NCBI GenBank assembly: GCA_963664115.2
Contig: CAXWPJ010000002.1
Coordinates: 608,001 to 672,000 of the forward strand
Direction: 5' to 3'
Length of the DNA: 64,000 bases
Source: Terriglobia bacterium
GTDB taxonomy: Bacteria > Acidobacteriota > Terriglobia > 20CM-2-55-15
Shown here piece by piece: positions 53,782-61,000 of this stretch. How positions within the stretch are numbered: the stretch's first letter is position 1; every line of letters begins with the position of its first letter. The translations under genes and the position numbers were made by a program. Below the pieces are notes generated by a model, which had not been told where the DNA came from, did not search any database, and saw only the letters and a list, made by a program, of their open reading frames with translations.

Positions 53782-55935
53782 ATGGCCTTCGGTAATACAT
53801 TCAGCGAATCCTGGCACCGGGTGGCCGGGCTGCGGATCAGCCTGCGGCCCACCGTATCGGCAAGGAAGCAGTTTTTCCGCGGTGAGACCTGGTACGTACT
53901 GGAAGACCCCTTCAACAACAGTTTCTTCCGCTTGCGTCCCGAAGCTTACGAATTCGTTTCCCGCCTGGCACCGGACCGCACGGTTGAAGAGGTTTGGGAA
54001 GGTTGCCTGACGCGCAAACCCGAGGACGCTCCGGGGCAGGAAGACGCGATCCGGCTGCTCAGCCAACTCTATTTCGCAAACCTGTTGTATTTCAAAACGG
54101 CCGGCGACAGCGAGGCGTTGTTTGAGCGGTACCGGCAGCGCCGCCAGCGGGAAACCAAATCCAAGCTCATGTCGATCATGTTCATGCGCATTCCCATGAT
54201 CGATCCCGATCAGATGTTGCGCGCCGTTATGACGGCGATTCGTCTGTTCATCAGCCCGATCGGATTGGCGATATGGGTTGGGGCTCTGGGTTACGCGATC
54301 AAGCTCTTCTTCGACAACTTCGCCGAAGCCGCTGACCAGACCCAGGCCATTCTGGCGCCGTCGAACCTCTTCCTGCTCTATCTGGGCCTGATCGTCACCA
54401 AGACCGTCCATGAGTTCGGCCACGCCATCGTCTGTCGACGGTACGCCGGAGAAGTGCACACGATGGGCATCATGCTGCTGGTGTTCACGCCGATCCCCTA
54501 CATGGACGCCACGTCGAGCTGGTCGTTCCGAAGCCGATGGCAGCGCGCGTTCGTGGGCGCGGCGGGCATGATCTTCGAGCTGTTTGTCGCGTCGATTGCA
54601 ACCGTCGTGTGGGCCAATACCGATGAGGGCACTATACACAGCCTGGCGTACAACATGATGTTCGTCGCGTCGATTTCGACCCTGGTATTCAACGCCAACC
54701 CGCTGCTGCGCTTCGACGGTTACTACATCCTCTCGGACCTGGTCGACATTCCGAACCTGTCGAACCGGTCGTTCCGGCAGATCCGTCACGTCGTCGAGCG
54801 CTACGGATTCGGATACCTGGAATCCGAGAGCCCGTCGGATTCGATGCGCCAGGCCACGCTGCTTGGCGGTTTCTGCGTCCTGAGCGCGGTCTACAAGGTC
54901 CTCGTGTTCACTGGAATCGTTCTGTTCGTGGCCGACAAGCTGTTTCTGGCCGGATTGATCATGGCGGCGGTGTGCGTGTTTGCCTGGCTGGTCGTTCCGT
55001 TAACTCGGCTGCTGACCTACATAGCGACCGGTCCGCACCTGGCGCGGAAGCGGGCCCGCGTTGCCCTGGTTTCGCTCGGTACACTTGGCGTCGTTTTCGG
55101 ATTTCTGGGCGTCTTCCCCTTCCCCAATCATTTCCGTGCCGATGGCGTTCTCGAAGCCGCCCGATTCCAGCTCGTCGCCAACGATGCGTCCGGCTACGTC
55201 GTTGCGGTGCGGACACCACCGGGTGCAACGGTCCAGCCGGGAACCCCGCTGTTCGAACTGGCCGATCCCGAGCTTCAGTTCTCGATCGATTCGGCCGAAG
55301 CCGAGCGTCGGGAAACCCTGGCCTTTATGCAACGGGCCCTGGACAGGCAGATCGCCGAAATTGAGCCGATTCAGAAACGGCTGGACACCATCGAGCAGAA
55401 GATTGCCGACCTGGAACAGGTTCGCGAATCTCTGCTCGTGGTAGCCGCACAAGAAGGTATCTGGGTCGCGGCCGAGTCCGGTCAGCTCGACGGGTCGTGG
55501 GTCCAGCGCGGTTCGATCCTGGGCCAGGTCATCGACGAGGGTCAGTTCCGGTTTGTGGCCGCTGTTCTCCAGGACGAAGCGTCCAACCTGTTCGCCGAAG
55601 CGATTCGAAAGGCCGAGGTCCGTGTTCGCGGACAAGGGGGATTGACCGTCCCGGTCCAGTCCTATGAAGCCATTCCCTTCGAATACCGAAACCTCCCCTC
55701 GGCTGCGCTGGGCTGGCTGGGCGGTGGTGACGTGCCGGTTGCCGCCGATGACGAGACCGGTGTGGCGGCCACCGAGCCGTTCTTCCTGATCTACGCCGAT
55801 CTGGACGACGTGGGTGAGGTGGCGTATCTCCGCGGTCGGCGTGGCGAGATCCGGTTCACCCTGGAGCCGCAGCCGCTGCTGGCGCAGTGGTACACGAAAT
55901 TCCGCCGGTTATTGCAGGAGCGGTACCAGATTTGA
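53782..55935 (+). CDS. PqqD/RRE-like domain + site-2 (M50) metallopeptidase + HlyD adaptor fusion
   Basis: HEFGH (54409-54423) and NANPLLRFDGYY (54691-54726) within TM region; N-terminal YVLEDP..FFRL..AYEF..L..RTVEE winged-helix-like pattern; C-terminal lipoyl/coiled-coil module. Confidence 0.88.
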   Translation: MAFGNTFSESWHRVAGLRISLRPTVSARKQFFRGETWYVLEDPFNNSFFRLRPEAYEFVSRLAPDRTVEEVWEGCLTRKPEDAPGQEDAIRLLSQLYFANLLYFKTAGDSEALFERYRQRRQRETKSKLMSIMFMRIPMIDPDQMLRAVMTAIRLFISPIGLAIWVGALGYAIKLFFDNFAEAADQTQAILAPSNLFLLYLGLIVTKTVHEFGHAIVCRRYAGEVHTMGIMLLVFTPIPYMDATSSWSFRSRWQRAFVGAAGMIFELFVASIATVVWANTDEGTIHSLAYNMMFVASISTLVFNANPLLRFDGYYILSDLVDIPNLSNRSFRQIRHVVERYGFGYLESESPSDSMRQATLLGGFCVLSAVYKVLVFTGIVLFVADKLFLAGLIMAAVCVFAWLVVPLTRLLTYIATGPHLARKRARVALVSLGTLGVVFGFLGVFPFPNHFRADGVLEAARFQLVANDASGYVVAVRTPPGATVQPGTPLFELADPELQFSIDSAEAERRETLAFMQRALDRQIAEIEPIQKRLDTIEQKIADLEQVRESLLVVAAQEGIWVAAESGQLDGSWVQRGSILGQVIDEGQFRFVAAVLQDEASNLFAEAIRKAEVRVRGQGGLTVPVQSYEAIPFEYRNLPSAALGWLGGGDVPVAADDETGVAATEPFFLIYADLDDVGEVAYLRGRRGEIRFTLEPQPLLAQWYTKFRRLLQERYQI

Positions 55936-57917
55936 TCGTTCCCAGCCATGACTACATGCGGACGGCCACGGTGGAACCGCCCGAGTTTCATCGTGGGTGG
56001 GATGGGGCGGCCTACGGCATCGTCGGCGCGTGGAAACGCCGACCAACCACACTCGGCCGCTTCGGGCGCCAGGCGGACCGGATCTATGACATGGCCGGCC
56101 GGCTTGGACATTTGTCCGACAGCGCTCTTCGGGAGCGCATGTCCGGATTTCGGGAGCGATTCCGGTGCCACCGGGTCCGGGATGACGCGGTGGTCTCCGA
56201 GGCTCTGGCCGCGATCGTCGAGGCCGCTGAACGGAGGCTGGGACTGCGGCCATACCCGGTGCAGATCGTCGGTGCCCTGGCCATGGATCACGGATTTCTC
56301 GCCGAGATGGCCACCGGCGAAGGGAAGACGCTCACCGCCTGCCTGCCGATGATCCTGGCCGCCTGGACCGAGCGCCCCGCACACCTGGTCACGGTAAACG
56401 ATTACCTCAGCGACCGCGATGCAACGGAGATGGGTCGCCTCTACGCTTTCTGCGGTGTTTCAGCTGCGGCGGTGACCGCCCCTATGGACCAGCGCGAACG
56501 GTACCGGAACTACCAGAAAGACGTCGTCTACGTCACCAGCAAGGAGCTGGTCGCTGACTTTCTCCGCGACCGGCTGCGGTTGGGCAAACTCGAGCATCCC
56601 ACACGACGGCTGATCGCCGGCATGTTGCCCGGCGGTACCATCCGGCCCGACGAAATCGTGATGCGCGGTCTGGACACCGTGATCGTCGACGAGGCCGACA
56701 GCGTTCTGATCGACGAGGCGGTGACGCCGCTGATCATCTCCCGGGCCCGCGATAACGAGACGCTGCGTGAAGCGTGCCGCATCGCGAGCGAGATTGCAGA
56801 TACGCTGGAGCCCGGCAGCGACTATCAGGTCGATGAGCGGTACAAGGAAGTCCGGATCACCGACGCCGGCGAGGCCCGGGTTCTTGATGCCGCGGCAAAA
56901 CTGCCCGGCGTCTGGCAGGGGACCCTGCGCCGCGAGGAGTTGGTCAAGCAGGCGTTGACCGCGCGCGAATTCTATATCCGGGACAAACAGTACGTCGTCG
57001 ACGACGGCCGATTGACGATCGTCGATGAGTTCACCGGCAGACTGATGCCGAACCGGTCCTGGCGGGCGGGCCTCCACCAGGCCGTTGAAGCCAAGGAAGG
57101 CCTGGATGCCACGCTGCCGACCGAGACCCTGTCCCGGCTGAGTTTTCAGCGGTTCTTCCGGCAGTTCCGGCGAATCGGCGGGATGACAGGGACGGCCAGC
57201 GAAGCAGCTTCCGAGTTCTGGCACATCTACGGGCTGCCCGTCCTTCGGGTCCCGACACACCGGCCGATGGTGCGCGATACGTATCCGGACCGGGTATTTG
57301 CGACCCGGGACGAGAAATTCAACGCGATCGTCGATGAAATCGCGGCCTGTCACGAGTCCGGCCGTCCCGTTCTGGTCGGAACCCGAAACGTCGAAGCCAG
57401 TGAGACTCTCGCCTCACTGCTCCGGTCCCGGAACCTGGAATTCAACCTGTTGAACGCCACCCACCACAGCGACGAAGCACGCATCGTGGCTGCGGCCGGC
57501 CAGCCCGGCAACATCACTATTGCGACGAACATGGCCGGACGTGGGACCGATATCAAGCTGGGCCGCGGCGTGGGAGCCATGGGCGGGCTCCACGTCATTG
57601 CCACCGAGCGCCATGAGGCGCGGAGAATCGACCGTCAGCTCTTCGGACGATGCGCACGACAGGGCGACCCCGGCAGCGCGCGGGCCTATATCAGCGTTGA
57701 TGACGAACTAATCAAGCGCTTTGTGCCGGTCTGGGTACGGAACGGGCTCGAAACTGCCGTTGCCGCCGATTTGCCGGCCGCATCGCAGATGGCGCATAGG
57801 GTGTTTCGATATGCGCAAAAGGCGGCCGAAAAACTCGCATTTCGGCAGCGCGCCTCGGTGCTGCGTGCCGATGAGCACCTGGAACGGAGCCTTGGTTTCG
57901 CCGGTCCCGGCAGCTGA
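55932..57917 (+). CDS. Accessory, C-terminally truncated SecA-type ATPase (SecA_DEAD)
   Basis: EMATGEGKT, VTVNDYL, DEADSVLIDEA, IVDEFTGR, GLHQAVEAKE, TNMAGRGTDI, RRIDRQLFGRCARQGDPG; ~660 aa; TTG 55932 overlaps the upstream TGA, CAGGAG RBS. Confidence 0.93.
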   Translation: MIVPSHDYMRTATVEPPEFHRGWDGAAYGIVGAWKRRPTTLGRFGRQADRIYDMAGRLGHLSDSALRERMSGFRERFRCHRVRDDAVVSEALAAIVEAAERRLGLRPYPVQIVGALAMDHGFLAEMATGEGKTLTACLPMILAAWTERPAHLVTVNDYLSDRDATEMGRLYAFCGVSAAAVTAPMDQRERYRNYQKDVVYVTSKELVADFLRDRLRLGKLEHPTRRLIAGMLPGGTIRPDEIVMRGLDTVIVDEADSVLIDEAVTPLIISRARDNETLREACRIASEIADTLEPGSDYQVDERYKEVRITDAGEARVLDAAAKLPGVWQGTLRREELVKQALTAREFYIRDKQYVVDDGRLTIVDEFTGRLMPNRSWRAGLHQAVEAKEGLDATLPTETLSRLSFQRFFRQFRRIGGMTGTASEAASEFWHIYGLPVLRVPTHRPMVRDTYPDRVFATRDEKFNAIVDEIAACHESGRPVLVGTRNVEASETLASLLRSRNLEFNLLNATHHSDEARIVAAAGQPGNITIATNMAGRGTDIKLGRGVGAMGGLHVIATERHEARRIDRQLFGRCARQGDPGSARAYISVDDELIKRFVPVWVRNGLETAVAADLPAASQMAHRVFRYAQKAAEKLAFRQRASVLRADEHLERSLGFAGPGS

Positions 57918-58000
57918 ATTCAAGTTGCTGTCGGGCATTTCCCTAGGGATTATTCCCCTGGAAAAATGAGTGGCGGGGCGTGTTTTTGGCGTGTCACTCC

Positions 58001-58030
58001 TTGACATTATGGTGTCTCATGCGTTAAAAG
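58001..58030 (+). promoter_or_regulatory. Possible sigma70 promoter for the giant protein gene
   Basis: TTGACA at 58001-58006 followed by an AT-rich but imperfect -10 (TTAAAAG, 58024-58030). Confidence 0.4.
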
Positions 58031-58075
58031 ATCCTAGCTTTAAAGCTTAGAATTACTGGGAAGAGAAAGCTCAAT

Positions 58076-61000
58076 TTGAGTCGAAAGCAAGACAAAGAAC
58101 GCTACAACCTTGAGAACCTCGAGCCCCGAATCCTACTTTCGGGTGACCCCCTCGTCGGTGCCTTAGCCAGTCTTGCGCCCAGGGAGGCCGACTCTGAAGA
58201 GCCCATTCTCACCTCCGTTCAGGAGGTGACGGTTTCGGAAGAAACGCTCTACGAATCCCACACAACCGACTCGGAACCGTACGATCCGGCGGCCTCGGTC
58301 GACGACATTTTCTCTGGTATGACCGGTGAAGATTCTCTCGCCGATGGTGCCGATGACGCGTCCGATTCCTCCGATTCCAGCGACGTCAATTTCCCGATCG
58401 GCGACGACGAAGCCGCGCAAATTGTGCAAGGCCTCGACGAACTGGCCGGCGTCGGCGAGGTGATCAGCGAGTCTGAAACGCTGACCACACCGCTCGATGG
58501 TCTGGGTGATCTATCACTGGGCGACGTCTTCGGCGTGGGCGAAATTCTGGATTCGCGACTGGCGAAATCGGTGTATGACCACTTCGGTGATGCGGTCGAT
58601 CCGCCCACTGTAGAGGGAGTCATAGAGGCCATCCGAAATGGCCTGACTGCCCTGGGTGAACAGGAAATTTCAGTCAGTTCACTCGAGGGTATAGTTGTGT
58701 CTGGCGGCGAACAGATCCGCTTCGACATCGCCTTCACCCTCCGCCAGTCCGGTCAAATCTTTCTCGATCAAGACCTTACCGATTCCGACGGCGCCGAATC
58801 TACCACCTATACCGCAACGCTGAAAGTCGATTTGAGTTTTGGTGTTGATCAAGGCCAGTCCGACAGCTTTTTCCTCATCATTCGTTCTCTTGAGATCGAA
58901 TTGACCGTGAATCAGCCCGGAACGGGAGCTTCTGAGAGCGGCCGTGTCGAGGTCGGGTTCGCTGGGGCGGCCGGGGCAGACGGCGCGCTCAGCGTCGCCG
59001 AACTCGAGGCGATCCAGTCCAGCGGTGCCGAACTGGAGATCGAGGCGACCGGATCGCTGTTCGATGACGGAAGCGCAGATTTTGCGTCACTGGCTGCGAC
59101 CTCTGCGCTGACCACTTCGGGAGCCGCGACCAGCTTCGTGACGTTGGATGAATCCCCTGCCGCAAGCTCGGCAGTGACCACCAACCTCGCCGATCTGACG
59201 CTTGGGCCCAACTCGATCACGACGTTCAATATCGGCGGCACAACCCCCGGCTCCGGATACGACCAGACTATCGTCTCTGGCGACGTCACACTGGATGGCG
59301 AGCTGGCAATCGTCGTGGCCGCCGGCTTCGGCCCGAGCCTGGGCGATACATTCGACATCGTCACGTTCACCGGAAGTGTGAGCGGCGCATTCGTCGACGG
59401 AACCGGCATCTACGGGTTTGGCGATGGTTCGCTGTTCCTTGAGGTCGTCGTAGAAGACAGTACTGCCGAAAGTGACGGTAAGGTCCAGCTGGAAGCCAAG
59501 ACGGCCCCGGGCGGGAATTTCATAACTTCCAGTACGCCACTGCTCAGCGATGTGCTCGGCCTCTATTACAGCGAGTACTTCACGCTGGGCGCTTCGGTCG
59601 CCATCAGCGGTGAGATCAACATCGGCGGATACGTGACCCTCGCGGGAACCTTTGAATTTGGCTTCAGTCTGGATGAGACGGTCACGCTTGGGACCGGATT
59701 GCCGACGACCCTGACTCCCGAGCTCGTGACCACTGTTGGCGCACAAATCGAATTAGCTCTGGCCACGATCCCGGGTACCCAGATTCTTTCCCCTGATCTG
59801 CAGTCGATCACTGGCCTTCCCGTTGCGGTTCTGGAAATCGGCGGTAGCAATATCCACGCGTTCGTGGGTGTGAACGGGCCGTACTGGACAGACCTGAATG
59901 GAAACGGGGACGTCGATACCGGGGAAACCAACGAAAGTGCCACCGGCCTGGCGATTACCAACGTCGATTTCGGTTACGTTGCGATGCAGTTGCTGCCTTC
60001 GGTTGTGGCCTTGCCCCTCAACGCCCAGTTCTTCCAGGCCTTGAAGGCGACCGCATCCCAGGTGGGGTTGGTGGGCGTCCCCAACGTCGAACTGTCGGTC
60101 GATAACGTTCTGATCGAAGTCAACTCGGGTCCGACCTGGACGGCGCTGGGTGTTAGCGGTGACGGGCCGGCGGTGGTCGACTTTGAAGCTAGCTTCCTGG
60201 CCCAGACTGGAACCGACACGGACGGAGACAGCAAGCACGTTGAGCCGGCTGGCTATGAGGTCGGTACCGGCACGGTGCCGGTTTACATCGACCTGGATGG
60301 CAACGAGCGGCTCGGTGCCAGTGTGGACAACGCGCTGCTGTCGATCGGGGGCAGCGACGGCAAGTTTGTCTATGCGAACGGCAACCTGTCGTTCGAGAAG
60401 GGCCCGACCAGCATCGTGACTGTTGCGACCGGTATCCCGGCCAACATCAATGGAACCCCGGCCGGAGACACCATCGAGACGAATTTCGCGACCCGGACGG
60501 GGTTGAGTGGCAGCAGCGCGACACTGTCGGGCGACATGCAGACGATCAGTAACGTTCAGATGGCCAGTCTTCAGATTGGCGGAAGCGCTATTCAGATCTT
60601 CGTGGGCGTCAACGGGCCATACTGGACAGATTCGGACAAGGACGGCAACGTCGATCCCGGAGAAACCAGCGACAACGCGACCGGCGTGTCGATCACCAAC
60701 GTGAACTTCGGTCTGGTGACGATGACGCCGACCCAGGAACTGCCGCTGTTGAGCAGCCAGACCTTCACGGCGTTGAAGCTGACTGGTTCCCAGGTGGGCC
60801 TGGTTGGAGTCCCTGGGGTGGAGTTGTCGGCCGACAACGTACTGGTGGAGGTCAACACGGGTCCGACCTGGACGGCGACGGGTATCAACGGCGATGGCCC
60901 GGCGGTGGTCGATTTTGCCGCCAGCTTCCCGGCGGCGAACGGCTCCCCGGCCGGTTTCGAGGTGCGCACCGGCACGACATCGACGCCCGTCTATATCGAC

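Noticed and set aside
55932-57917. Housekeeping secA or SecA2/SecY2 accessory Sec system
   Set aside because: Too short for housekeeping SecA; no secY2, asp or gtf genes nearby
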